This document shows positions 9,768 through 19,316 of a DNA stretch of 64,000 bases, in pieces. Below the pieces are notes generated by a model. It made no database searches, was not told where the DNA came from, and was given only the letters and a program-made list of their open reading frames with translations. The stretch lies in contig CAXXXD010000004.1 in the NCBI GenBank assembly GCA_963663385.2, positions 416,001-480,000 of the forward strand, given 5' to 3'. This DNA comes from Oceanispirochaeta sp. Lineage in GTDB: Bacteria > Spirochaetota > Spirochaetia > DSM-2461. The position numbers and the translations under genes were made by a program. Within the stretch, counting starts at the first letter, position 1. The number at the start of each line of letters is the position of its first letter.

Positions 9768-11270
9768 ATGTCCTTTAAAATCGCATTTATTGGAGCAGGA
9801 AGCATAGGTTTTACCAGAAAACTGATTACGGATATACTCAGTATTCCTGAATTCAGTGACGTCCAGTTAGCATTGATGGATATCAACAAGAAGAATCTTG
9901 ATATGATTCATCAGTTGATTGCTCGTGATATTGCTAGCAACAAAATGGATAAAGTCAGGTTGGTCAGCACCACCGATAGGAAGGCAGCCTTAAAAGAGGC
10001 CCGTTATGTCATCAATATTGTGAGGATCGGAGGCCTGGAAGCCTTTGCGCATGATGTGAACATCCCCCTTAAATACGGCGTTGATCAGTGTGTCGGGGAT
10101 ACTCTCTGCGCCGGCGGGATTTTTTATGGTCAGAGAGTTATAAACTTTATGCTGGAACTCTGCCGGGATATTAAAATGTATTCGGAAGAAAACGCTCTGA
10201 TGCTCAACTATTCCAATCCCAACGCTATGGTTACATGGGCGGCCAATACCTATGGGGGCGTAAGGACTCTGGGACTCTGTCATGGTGTGCAGAATGGCCA
10301 TCGGCAGCTTGCGGATGCTCTGAAGATTCCCGAGGAGGAACTTGTCTACTGCTGTGTCGGGATTAATCATGTTACCTGGTATACCCGGCTTAATCATCAG
10401 GGGCATGAATATACGACTGATGAATTAATTGAAGCATTGGAAAATCATCCTGAATACAGCCGGCAGGAAAAGGCCCGGATTGATATTCTCAAAAGATTCG
10501 GCTGCTACTCCACCGAATCCAACGGACACCTTTCGGAATACCTTCCCTGGTACAGAAAAAGGGGAGAAGAAATCCGGGAGTGGATATCTCTGGACAAATG
10601 GATCCACGGAGAAACAGCCGGTTATCTGCGGCACTGTACGGAGAGACGGAACTGGTTTGAGGAGGATTTTCCGCGCTGGATGGAAGAAGACTCTCCCGTC
10701 TATGAAGAAGACAGCCGTTCTGTAGAGCACGGTTCCCGAATTATTGAAGCCCTGGAAACAGGACGGATTTATCGGGGGCATTTTAATGTCATCAATAACG
10801 GCACTGTGACGAATCTGCCGGATGATTGTGTTGTGGAAGTTCCCTGTTTTGCTGATAAAAGCGGAATCGCTATTCCCCGGTACGGTGAACTCCCCGACGG
10901 GCCCGCCGCCATCTGTCTCAGCAATATCTCCGTTCAGAGACTGTCTGTTAAAGCGGCACTCTCGGGAGATGATTTTCTGCTCCGTCAGGCCATGATGCTG
11001 GATCCTCTTGTCGGAGCCGTGTGCAATCCTCCCGAAATCAGTCAGATGGTCGATGAGATGCTTGTAGCCGAACAGAAGTGGTTACCCCAATATAAAGATG
11101 CTGTCAAAAAAGCGGAACAGAGACTAGGCAGGGGGAACCTGATTCCGCACAGGGATTACAAGGGCGCTGCAAGACTCGCCGTAAAAAGCATTGATGAAAT
11201 CCGGGAAGATAAAAATAAAAATCTGGATTCCTATGGAGAATCGGGTAAAAAAGCCCGGAAGATTTCATAG
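9768..11270 (+). CDS. melA: Family 4 glycoside hydrolase, alpha-galactosidase (MelA-like)
   Basis: KIAFIGAGS NAD-binding; QCVGDT, NYSNP, GLCHG, GINH, TESNGHLSEY motifs. Confidence 0.85.
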   Translation: MSFKIAFIGAGSIGFTRKLITDILSIPEFSDVQLALMDINKKNLDMIHQLIARDIASNKMDKVRLVSTTDRKAALKEARYVINIVRIGGLEAFAHDVNIPLKYGVDQCVGDTLCAGGIFYGQRVINFMLELCRDIKMYSEENALMLNYSNPNAMVTWAANTYGGVRTLGLCHGVQNGHRQLADALKIPEEELVYCCVGINHVTWYTRLNHQGHEYTTDELIEALENHPEYSRQEKARIDILKRFGCYSTESNGHLSEYLPWYRKRGEEIREWISLDKWIHGETAGYLRHCTERRNWFEEDFPRWMEEDSPVYEEDSRSVEHGSRIIEALETGRIYRGHFNVINNGTVTNLPDDCVVEVPCFADKSGIAIPRYGELPDGPAAICLSNISVQRLSVKAALSGDDFLLRQAMMLDPLVGAVCNPPEISQMVDEMLVAEQKWLPQYKDAVKKAEQRLGRGNLIPHRDYKGAARLAVKSIDEIREDKNKNLDSYGESGKKARKIS

Positions 11271-11295
11271 TCTATAATAGCAAAAGGAGTTTGGG

Positions 11296-12552
11296 ATGAA
11301 AAAAGAGAAATTAGGGAAAATCCTATTGGGTCTGCTGATAATGGCAGCTCTGTCGGGATGTGAGAAAAAAGGGAGCGTAGCAAAAGAAGCCAATCTGGTT
11401 TTTTCCCACTGGAACACAAATCAGAATGAAGCAATGATCGCTGTTGCCGAAGCCTTTGAGGCTCAAAATCCCGGAGTTCGGGTTGAAGTGCAGCTGGCTC
11501 CCTGGAGCGAATACTGGACCAAACTGGAAGCGGCTTTTGTAAGCGGTAAGGCTCCCGATACATATGCTCTCCACACGAACTTTGCCGAGTCTTATGTCCG
11601 GAATAATGTTGTCCTTCAACTGGATGATTTGAAAGACTATGATTCTGATTTCGATTATGGGAACTACCCCGAAGGAATCACAAACCTTTATAAATTCGAC
11701 GGTAAGCACTATGCCGTACCAAAAGATATGGATTGTATTATCCTGGCTTACAATAAAGAACTTTTTAATCAAGCCGGTGTCGCTTACCCGGATGGCAGCT
11801 GGACCTGGGATGATATTAACGCAGCTGCGGACAAAATCACAGCCCTGGGTGATGATCTTTACGGATTCGGTGCTTACAACAACCCACAGGCCGGCTGGGG
11901 CAGTTTTATCTATCAGAATGGCGGTTATGTGATTTCCCCGGACGGTTCAAAATCGGGAATGGCCCTGCCGGAAAGTATCGAAGCGGTAAAATTCTATACA
12001 GACATGTTTCTTAATAGCGACCGTTCCCCCAATGCGGATATGTTTGCCGAAACGGACAGACGGGCCATGTTTGCCCAGGGAAAACTGGGGATGCTCCCCA
12101 CAGGGAACTGGCAGCTTACCTATTTTACGGACAACGAGGATATAAGTGATAAATTCGATATCGCCCCCCTCCCCAAAGGTGCGAAGAAAGCCACTATTAT
12201 GAACGGACTGGGCTGGGCCGGAGCGGCATCCACCAGGTTTCCGGATGAGACAAAAAAACTGATTGCCTTTATGGGATCCAGAAAGGGGAATGAGATTGCC
12301 ACCATCGGAGCAGCAATCCCGGCCTATAATGGTGTTGCGCAGATGTGGGTAGAAAAACACAGTGATATTTACGATGCGGAAATCATTCTGGAATCGTTGA
12401 AAAACGGTGTACAGTACGGCGGATCTCTGGAAAAACCCAGATGGGAGCCTGTTATGTTTGATTACATGGACAAAATTTTTCTGGGGCAGATGAGTGTCGA
12501 AGAGGGAATGAAGAAGATCGGGGAGGAAATGGATGCGATCATTAACGGATAG
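11296..12552 (+). CDS. Sugar ABC transporter substrate-binding lipoprotein
   Basis: Lipobox LSGC; YNKELF..AGVAYPD..WTWDD. Confidence 0.9.
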   Translation: MKKEKLGKILLGLLIMAALSGCEKKGSVAKEANLVFSHWNTNQNEAMIAVAEAFEAQNPGVRVEVQLAPWSEYWTKLEAAFVSGKAPDTYALHTNFAESYVRNNVVLQLDDLKDYDSDFDYGNYPEGITNLYKFDGKHYAVPKDMDCIILAYNKELFNQAGVAYPDGSWTWDDINAAADKITALGDDLYGFGAYNNPQAGWGSFIYQNGGYVISPDGSKSGMALPESIEAVKFYTDMFLNSDRSPNADMFAETDRRAMFAQGKLGMLPTGNWQLTYFTDNEDISDKFDIAPLPKGAKKATIMNGLGWAGAASTRFPDETKKLIAFMGSRKGNEIATIGAAIPAYNGVAQMWVEKHSDIYDAEIILESLKNGVQYGGSLEKPRWEPVMFDYMDKIFLGQMSVEEGMKKIGEEMDAIING

Positions 12553-13450
12553 ACCGTTAAAACGATCCCTTTATAACGACTGGTATTGGGGTTATCTTCT
12601 GATAGCCCCCACAATAATAGGCCTGATGATCCTGAATATCTGGCCTATTATTAAAACACTGCAAATCAGTTTTATGCAGGATCTGGGATTTAACAGATTC
12701 GAATGGATCGGTTTAGAGAATTATATCGATATGGCTCATACCTCCAACACCTGGAAGGGGCTTTATAACACGTTGTTCTTTTCGCTTGTTTCAGTCCCCG
12801 CGGGAGTCTTTATCTCTCTTATATTCGCCGCCCTCCTTTTTTCCGATATCCGTGGCAAGGGAATATACAGAACCATCTTTTTTCTTCCGGTAATAGTTAT
12901 TCCCGCGGCCATGGCTATTGTCTGGCGGCTCATTTTCCACAGCCGTTATGGAATCCTGAATATAATCATGATGAAACTCGGGCTCCCTGCTTTCGGCTGG
13001 ATTATCGATCCGAATATTGCGATGTTTACACTAATTTCCGTCGCGATCTGGGGAAACCTCGGGACAAGGATTATTATCCTGCTGGCAGGAATGACCCAGA
13101 TCCCCAAGTCTCTTTATGAGGCGGCGCGGATTGACGGAGCCGGTCCGGTGAACGTCTTTTTCCATGTGACCATCCCCATGGTCATACCCAGTATTTTCTT
13201 TCTGACCATTACCGGATTTATAAATGCCCTGCGGGAATTTGATACGGTTTATCTAATCTTTATGGGAACCAATGCGACTAATCCGGCCATGGATTCGGTA
13301 AGAACCCTGATGTACGAATTTTTCCGTTACGGTTTTGTCGGAACAAACAAGGGATATGCTTCTGCCATCGTCATACTGGCTTTTGCGGTGATTCTTGTTT
13401 TTACGGTTCTGCAGAATATTCTTCAGAAGAAGATTTCCCACTTCGAATAA
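12533..13450 (+). CDS. Sugar ABC transporter permease
   Basis: YRTIFFLP; EAA loop LYEAARIDGAG. Confidence 0.92.
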   Translation: MRSLTDRPLKRSLYNDWYWGYLLIAPTIIGLMILNIWPIIKTLQISFMQDLGFNRFEWIGLENYIDMAHTSNTWKGLYNTLFFSLVSVPAGVFISLIFAALLFSDIRGKGIYRTIFFLPVIVIPAAMAIVWRLIFHSRYGILNIIMMKLGLPAFGWIIDPNIAMFTLISVAIWGNLGTRIIILLAGMTQIPKSLYEAARIDGAGPVNVFFHVTIPMVIPSIFFLTITGFINALREFDTVYLIFMGTNATNPAMDSVRTLMYEFFRYGFVGTNKGYASAIVILAFAVILVFTVLQNILQKKISHFE

Positions 13451-13463
13451 TTGTGAGGAAAAT

Positions 13464-14288
13464 GTGAAACACGCTGCTAAAAAAAACCTGATTATACACG
13501 GGATACTCCTGCTGGGCGTTTTATGGGTAATAGGCCCTTTTATATGGATGGTATTGTCATCCTTTAAAACCTTTGAGGAGATAACCCGTATTCCCATTAC
13601 AATCCTCCCGGAGAAGTGGGTTTTCCGGAACTATCCCGAGGCCTTTACATCCATACCCTTTGGAAAACTGTTTTACAATACTTTTGTCATGGCCTTTTTT
13701 CGAATTCTCTGTGCTGTCATTTTCAGTAATATGGCAGGATATGCTTTTTCCAGGATAAAATTCCCCGGACGGGATGTCCTATTTTATTTTGTTCTTTTTC
13801 AGATGATGGTTCCCAATCAGATCTTTATCATTCCCCAGTACCTGATACTGGCAAAGCTGGGGATGCTGAATACAATCTTTGCCCTCATATTCCCTGCGCT
13901 GGTCAGCGCTTATGCCACATTTCTGTTGAAGCAGTTCTATGCCACTGTTCCGGGAGAACTGGAAGAAGCGGGTATTCTGGACGGCTGTAATAAAGGAACG
14001 ATTCTATTCCGGATCTACCTGCCTCTGGCAAAATCCACCAATGTGGCTGTGGGGATATTCACTCTCCTTTTTTCCTGGAAGAACCTTATGTGGCCTCTTA
14101 TAGTTAATGGAGATTTAAACAAAATGACCCTGTCTTCGGGATTATCTGTCCTGTCGGGGCAGCATATCCAGAATCTGGGGCTCCTGATGGCCGGAGGAAC
14201 AATTACCGTTGTTCCCCTGATTATTATATATATCATATTTCAGAATTTTTTCATCACCGGTATGGCCGGTGCCGGAATAAAGGGTTAA
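13464..14288 (+). CDS. Sugar ABC transporter permease
   Basis: ELEEAGILDG; AGYAFSRIKFPGR. GTG start at 13464 follows a GAGG RBS. Confidence 0.9.
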   Translation: MKHAAKKNLIIHGILLLGVLWVIGPFIWMVLSSFKTFEEITRIPITILPEKWVFRNYPEAFTSIPFGKLFYNTFVMAFFRILCAVIFSNMAGYAFSRIKFPGRDVLFYFVLFQMMVPNQIFIIPQYLILAKLGMLNTIFALIFPALVSAYATFLLKQFYATVPGELEEAGILDGCNKGTILFRIYLPLAKSTNVAVGIFTLLFSWKNLMWPLIVNGDLNKMTLSSGLSVLSGQHIQNLGLLMAGGTITVVPLIIIYIIFQNFFITGMAGAGIKG

Positions 14289-14294
14289 GAAGAA

Positions 14295-15614
14295 ATGAAA
14301 AAACCGAATGTTGTAATTTTTTTTACAGATCAGCAGAGATGGGATTCTCTTGGAATAAACGGTAATCCCATGGGGATTACTCCGAATCTTGACCGGATGG
14401 CAAAGGAGGGGACGAACTGTCACTACTCCTTTTCCCCGCAGCCGGTATGTCTGCCGGCCAGAGCCTGTCTTCAGACAGGTCTGTATGCTTCTCAGGTCGG
14501 GTGCAATACAAATGATGATTCCCTGGGGGAAGAGGTTCCCAAACTGGCAGAGTATTTTAATGAGGCCGGTTACAAAACAGGATATATTGGTAAATGGCAC
14601 CTCGATGGAACATCGTCCAAAGTTTTTGATAAACCCCAGGGGGGGTATCAGTACTGGCTGGCGGAAAATGTCCTGGAATTTGTCTCCGATGCCTATGAAA
14701 CGGTCCTGCATGATGGGAATGGAGAAAAAGTAACTCTACCCGGGTATCGGGTTGATGCTCTGACTGATGCGGCTATCCGCTATATTGATGATCAGAAAGA
14801 GAATCCCTTTATGCTGATGCTCTCCCATCTGGAGCCTCATCATCAGAATCACCGGGATAACTTCCCGGCGCCCTACGGGTATGAGGAGCTTTACAATGAT
14901 CCATGGACTCCTCCGGATCTGAAAGCTTTGGGAGGATCTTCTTCCCGACATCTTCCCGGATACTACGGGATGATTAAAAGGCTGGATGAATCCTATGGAA
15001 GAGTTATGGATGCCTTGAGGAGCAGAGAACTGCTGGAAAATACAATCGTGCTGTATTCAGCTGATCACGGCTGTCATTTTAAAACCAGAAATGCCGAATA
15101 TAAACGATCCTGTCATGATGCCTCTACCCGGATCCCCATGGTTTTTACGGGAGGACCCTTTTCGGGAGGCGGTCATCTGACGGATATGATAAACCTGGTG
15201 GATATCCCTCCCACCCTGCTTGACGCCTGCGGAATAACAGTTCCCAATCATATGATGGGGAACTCCCTTCTTCCTCTTCTTAAGGGGGAGAGGGAAGAGT
15301 GGCCAGAAGCGATCTATTCCGAGATAAGCGAATCCCATACGGGCCGTGTCGTCAGAACAAAGCGGTGGAAATATTCCATTCGGAAAACCGCTGAAAACAG
15401 CTATGTGGATGATTTTCTGTACGATACGGAGAATGATCCCTGGGAGCTGGATAACCTGATCGGTCTGGATGCCTATAAGGGTGTTACCGATACAATGCGG
15501 CAGAGACTGTTCAAGTATATGATGAATACCGGCCAGACTCTGCCGGAAGTCGCGGATGCTCCTGTTATCGATTCAAAGCAGAGGAGTGTATGTGAAAACG
15601 AATGGCAGGAATAG
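14295..15614 (+). CDS. Cys-type sulfatase (S1 family)
   Basis: KPNVV..TDQQR, CLPAR..LQTG formylglycine motif, GKWHL, ADHG. Confidence 0.93.
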   Translation: MKKPNVVIFFTDQQRWDSLGINGNPMGITPNLDRMAKEGTNCHYSFSPQPVCLPARACLQTGLYASQVGCNTNDDSLGEEVPKLAEYFNEAGYKTGYIGKWHLDGTSSKVFDKPQGGYQYWLAENVLEFVSDAYETVLHDGNGEKVTLPGYRVDALTDAAIRYIDDQKENPFMLMLSHLEPHHQNHRDNFPAPYGYEELYNDPWTPPDLKALGGSSSRHLPGYYGMIKRLDESYGRVMDALRSRELLENTIVLYSADHGCHFKTRNAEYKRSCHDASTRIPMVFTGGPFSGGGHLTDMINLVDIPPTLLDACGITVPNHMMGNSLLPLLKGEREEWPEAIYSEISESHTGRVVRTKRWKYSIRKTAENSYVDDFLYDTENDPWELDNLIGLDAYKGVTDTMRQRLFKYMMNTGQTLPEVADAPVIDSKQRSVCENEWQE

Positions 15615-17055
15615 CAGCGGCAGAAAGATGAATATCCTTTTTGCCATTGCCGACGACGCCTCCCATTTCGGTCTATACGGGCACAAGTTTGTAAAAACCC
15701 CCTGTATTGATGAGCTGGGAGTCCGGGGCATCGTTTTTACCCAGGCATTTACCACCAATCCGAAATGCGCCCCCTCCCGGGCCAGTATTCTGACCGGAAA
15801 GCATACCTGGCAGCTTAAAGAGGGCTGTGACCATTACGGCTACTTTCCGGACGGTTTTGATGTTTATCCCGATCTTCTGGAGGATGCCGGCTATCATGTG
15901 GGCTTTACAGGAAAAGGGTGGGCGCCGGGGGATTTTGAACGCTGCGGGAGGATCAGAAATCCTGCAGGGAAAGAATACAACTGCCGAACGCTGGATCCTC
16001 CCGAAGGTTCGCTGATCACCCCCTGTGATTATGCTATGAATTTCAGGGACTTCCTGAACGAGAAACCGGAAGGCAGCCCCTTTTGTTTCTGGTATGGCTG
16101 TCATGAACCTCATAGACCGTATAAATATGGAGAGGGGAAAACGTACGGTGGCGATCCTGATGAGATGAAGGTTCCGCCTTACTGGCCGGATGAGGAACAG
16201 ATCCGTATGGATATGGCGGATTACTGCCATGAAATTTCCTGGTTCGATAGTCAGCTTCGAAAAATTCTGGAAGAGCTGGATAAAAGCGGTGAGAGGAAAA
16301 ACACTCTTGTTGTCGTCACTTCGGATAACGGGGCTCCCTTTCCACGAGTCAAAGGACAGATGTATGATGATGATTTTCGTCTGCCCCTGGTTATTGCACC
16401 GCCGGAAGGTTTCCCCGTAGGCAGACAGGTGGATGATCTGGTCAGTTTTATTGATTTTGCGCCTACTTTTCTGGAGGCCGCCGGAATTGACATTCCCCGG
16501 GCCCTGCCGGGAAACAGCTTGTGGGATATTCTGAAAGGCGGGGACAACGGTTCATCTGCCGGCAGAAGGGAATATGTACTGATGGGCCGGGAACGGCATG
16601 ATCTGGGCAGGGAGAATGATGCTGGTTATCCTGTGCGCTGTCTCAGAACGAAGCAGTATCTCTATGTCCACAACCTTAAATCGGAGCGTTGGCCAGCGGG
16701 AAATCCTGAAACGGGCTTTACGAACTGCGACAGCTCTCCCACAAAGGACAGGATTCTCAGTTTGCATGAAAATGGTGAGGAATTTTACTTCGAACTCTCT
16801 TTCGGCAAACGTCCGGAGGAAGAGCTTTATAATATTAAAAAAGATCCTCACTGTATGGAGAACCTGGCCTTTACGGAAGAAGGAAGGGAGTATTGCGTCC
16901 AATTCGGTTCGGTTCTGGAAAAATCCCTTCTGCAGTCAGGAGATCCCCGGTCTGTAGGAGTGGGGTGTGATTTTGACACCTATGATTATGTTGGCGATGA
17001 CAGGCACTCCTGGAAGGCTCTGATGGAGAACCGCTGGAAGAAGCAGCCGTTTTAG
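15592..17055 (+). CDS. Cys-type sulfatase (sulfamidase/heparan N-sulfatase-like)
   Basis: NILFAIADD, CAPSRASILTG, EPHRPY, SDNG.PFPR.KG. GTG at 15592 follows GAGGAG (alternative start ATG 15628). Confidence 0.9.
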   Translation: MKTNGRNSSGRKMNILFAIADDASHFGLYGHKFVKTPCIDELGVRGIVFTQAFTTNPKCAPSRASILTGKHTWQLKEGCDHYGYFPDGFDVYPDLLEDAGYHVGFTGKGWAPGDFERCGRIRNPAGKEYNCRTLDPPEGSLITPCDYAMNFRDFLNEKPEGSPFCFWYGCHEPHRPYKYGEGKTYGGDPDEMKVPPYWPDEEQIRMDMADYCHEISWFDSQLRKILEELDKSGERKNTLVVVTSDNGAPFPRVKGQMYDDDFRLPLVIAPPEGFPVGRQVDDLVSFIDFAPTFLEAAGIDIPRALPGNSLWDILKGGDNGSSAGRREYVLMGRERHDLGRENDAGYPVRCLRTKQYLYVHNLKSERWPAGNPETGFTNCDSSPTKDRILSLHENGEEFYFELSFGKRPEEELYNIKKDPHCMENLAFTEEGREYCVQFGSVLEKSLLQSGDPRSVGVGCDFDTYDYVGDDRHSWKALMENRWKKQPF

Positions 17056-17094
17056 CAGCTGGTATTGCACATGTTTTTACTTTGAATAAACGAA

Positions 17095-17143
17095 TGTAGC
17101 TTCTGGCCCCGGGGTTCCTCCTTTTCCCGGGGCCGCTTTTATT
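17095..17143 (+). repeat. 49-bp direct repeat, copy 2 / intrinsic terminator
   Basis: Identical to 2268-2316; follows the sulfatase stop codon. Confidence 0.92.
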
Positions 17144-17165
17144 TTTCCTTCTGTTCGTTCTATCA

Positions 17166-17212
17166 ATTATGATAACTGTTATATTGATTATGATAACTGG
17201 AGGCCGTATAAT
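17166..17212 (+). promoter_or_regulatory. TA operon promoter with two candidate antitoxin operators
   Basis: ATTATGATAACTG at 17166 and 17187; TTGATT-N17-TATAAT (17184-17212). Confidence 0.65.
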
Positions 17213-17231
17213 TAAATCAGGAGGCTGGTGA

Positions 17232-17492
17232 GTGAAAACTGTTTCGGTTATGAAGGTCAGAAAAAGTCTGGGAGAGATCCTGGATGAAGTTAATTTGAAA
17301 TCAGAAACCTTTGTTCTGGAGCGGGCGGGGAAACCTATTGCCAAGCTGGTTCCTTTAAACAGTAATCCGCAGCAGGGAATCCGTTCTCTGGAATTGAAGG
17401 CTCTCAAAGAGCTAAAGGGACTGAATCCTTCCACGGATAGGAGTTCTGATCCGGCAGAATGGCTGGAGAAGGAACGGTCCGACTGGGAGTAG
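17232..17492 (+). CDS. Phd/YefM-family antitoxin
   Basis: MKTVSVMKVRKSLGEILDEV...VLERAGKPIAKLVP pattern; 86 aa, directly upstream of a PIN gene. Confidence 0.85.
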   Translation: MKTVSVMKVRKSLGEILDEVNLKSETFVLERAGKPIAKLVPLNSNPQQGIRSLELKALKELKGLNPSTDRSSDPAEWLEKERSDWE

Positions 17493-17495
17493 GTA

Positions 17496-17903
17496 ATGAA
17501 GATTTTTATTGATACGGCGCCGTTTATTTACCTTATGGAAGGCTTGGATGAGTATTCTGACAGGGTAGAAACACAACTAAAGCAGTGGCTGATGACGGAG
17601 ATGATTCTGACAACATCCACTCTGACCCTGATGGAGTTGCTTGTCACTCCTAAAAAACAGAAGAATGAGCGTTTGGTCAGGAAGTACAGAGCCTTGCTGG
17701 AAGACCTGATGACTGAACCATTGACTGAACTGACTTCTGTAATTGCCGAAGAAGCAGCCGGGATAAGGGGGCAGTATGGTTTTAAAACTCCCGATGCTGT
17801 ACAACTGGCAACGGCACTCCATTCCGGGGCCGATATATTTTATACCAATGATTTAAGACTGGGGAAATTTCCAAACTTGACTATATTGACTGTGGATGGA
17901 TAA
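17496..17903 (+). CDS. vapC: PIN-domain (VapC-like) toxin
   Basis: IFIDTAPFIY, E in TLMELL, TPDAVQLATA, FYTND acidic tetrad. Confidence 0.88.
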   Translation: MKIFIDTAPFIYLMEGLDEYSDRVETQLKQWLMTEMILTTSTLTLMELLVTPKKQKNERLVRKYRALLEDLMTEPLTELTSVIAEEAAGIRGQYGFKTPDAVQLATALHSGADIFYTNDLRLGKFPNLTILTVDG

Positions 17904-17986
17904 TCCAGTTTCGATTTTAACTCTATTTTTCTCTTTTCAATAAAGCAGCTTGGTTTTTCGTAATCCCGGGAAATAAAAATCCACTC

Positions 17987-18019
17987 TTGCAAAATAGAAC
18001 TAATCATTATATGATTAGT
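17987..18019 (+). promoter_or_regulatory. Sigma70 promoter with overlapping perfect palindrome (candidate FadR operator)
   Basis: TTGCAA-N17-TATGAT; ACTAATCAT-tat-ATGATTAGT at 17999-18019. Confidence 0.7.
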
Positions 18020-18040
18020 AGACTGTAACGGAGGCCAAAC

Positions 18041-19309
18041 ATGAATAATATTGAAACAGCCCAGAATATGCTTAGAAAATTCAAGGGTGACAACTACCTC
18101 TTTGGAGAGGGTGTCCTCTCCCGGATAGGAGATATCGCCGGAAAGATCGGATCAAAAGCCATTATCATCCGGGATAATTTTCCGGGTGCGGATACTTTTG
18201 TGGATACCATCAGAGAGTCCCTTAAGGGTGCCGGTGTTGAAATCGTAAAAGAAGAAAACGGCGCCAGACCCAACTGTCCCCTGGAGGATCTGGAACGGAT
18301 TACAAACTCACTCAAAGAGTCGGCTGCGGATATTATTGTCAGCTTCGGCGGCGGAAGCACAATTGATGCGGCCAAAGCGGCGGAAGTACTCAGAACCCTG
18401 GGGGGCGGGATCGAGGACTATTTCGGGGTCGGTCTTGTATCAAAGGCCTGTGAGGAAAGAGGGATCACGCTGACCCCTCATATCGCTGTGGAAACAGTTG
18501 CTTCTTCAGGGGCTCACCTGACCAAATACTCCAATATCACCGATGTCAGCACGGGACAGAAAAAACTGATTGTGGACCCGGCTATTGTCCCTTCCCATCC
18601 GGTTTTTGATTATGAGGTTACCTACGGTCTGCCCATGGGCGTATCCATGGACGGCGGTCTGGACGGGATAGCCCACTGTCTGGAAGTTTTCTACGGCGCT
18701 GTGGGAACCGACGGATACGAACTGTCAAAAGAGATTGCGGAAGCAGGGATCTCACTTGTTGTAGAATACCTTCCCAGGGTTATCAGGGATCCCAAAGACA
18801 AGGAAGCCCGTAAAGCTCTCTGTATCGCAACGGATATGGGCGGTTATGCCATAATGGTAGGCGGAACCAACGGTGGGCATCTGACCAGCTTTTCTCTGGT
18901 AGACGTTCTCTCTCACGGACGGGCCTGTGCCATTATGAACCCTTACTACTCCGTTTTCTTTGCCCCTGCTGTGGAAAAGGAACTCAGAATTGTAGGGAAT
19001 ATCTTCAAAAAATATGGCTATTCTTCTGTCGACTTCGAAACCCTCAGCGGTAAGGCCCTGGGAGAAGCCGCAGCCAATGCCATGTTCGAACTGGCAAAAA
19101 CGGTTAACTTCCCCCTGACCCTTGGCGAAGTGGACGGATTCACTGACAAACATATTGAACGGGCTCTGGCAGCGGCAAAGAATCCCCAGCTGAAAATGAA
19201 GCTGCAGAATATGCCTGTTCCCTTGACCGCTGAGCAGATTGACGACTATATGGGGCCCATTCTGCGGGCAGCGAAAACGGGAGATCTCTCCCTGATCCAT
19301 ACTCTTTGA
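18041..19309 (+). CDS. Iron-containing alcohol dehydrogenase family protein
   Basis: GGGSTIDAAK; metal-ligand segments DGIAHCLE, GGHL, SHGRAC. Confidence 0.88.
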   Translation: MNNIETAQNMLRKFKGDNYLFGEGVLSRIGDIAGKIGSKAIIIRDNFPGADTFVDTIRESLKGAGVEIVKEENGARPNCPLEDLERITNSLKESAADIIVSFGGGSTIDAAKAAEVLRTLGGGIEDYFGVGLVSKACEERGITLTPHIAVETVASSGAHLTKYSNITDVSTGQKKLIVDPAIVPSHPVFDYEVTYGLPMGVSMDGGLDGIAHCLEVFYGAVGTDGYELSKEIAEAGISLVVEYLPRVIRDPKDKEARKALCIATDMGGYAIMVGGTNGGHLTSFSLVDVLSHGRACAIMNPYYSVFFAPAVEKELRIVGNIFKKYGYSSVDFETLSGKALGEAAANAMFELAKTVNFPLTLGEVDGFTDKHIERALAAAKNPQLKMKLQNMPVPLTAEQIDDYMGPILRAAKTGDLSLIHTL

Positions 19310-19316
19310 TTAAAAC

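Noticed and set aside
3644..14288. Both sugar ABC sets lack an ATPase gene
   Set aside because: Ordinary: CUT1 systems commonly share an MsmK/MalK-type ATPase encoded elsewhere.
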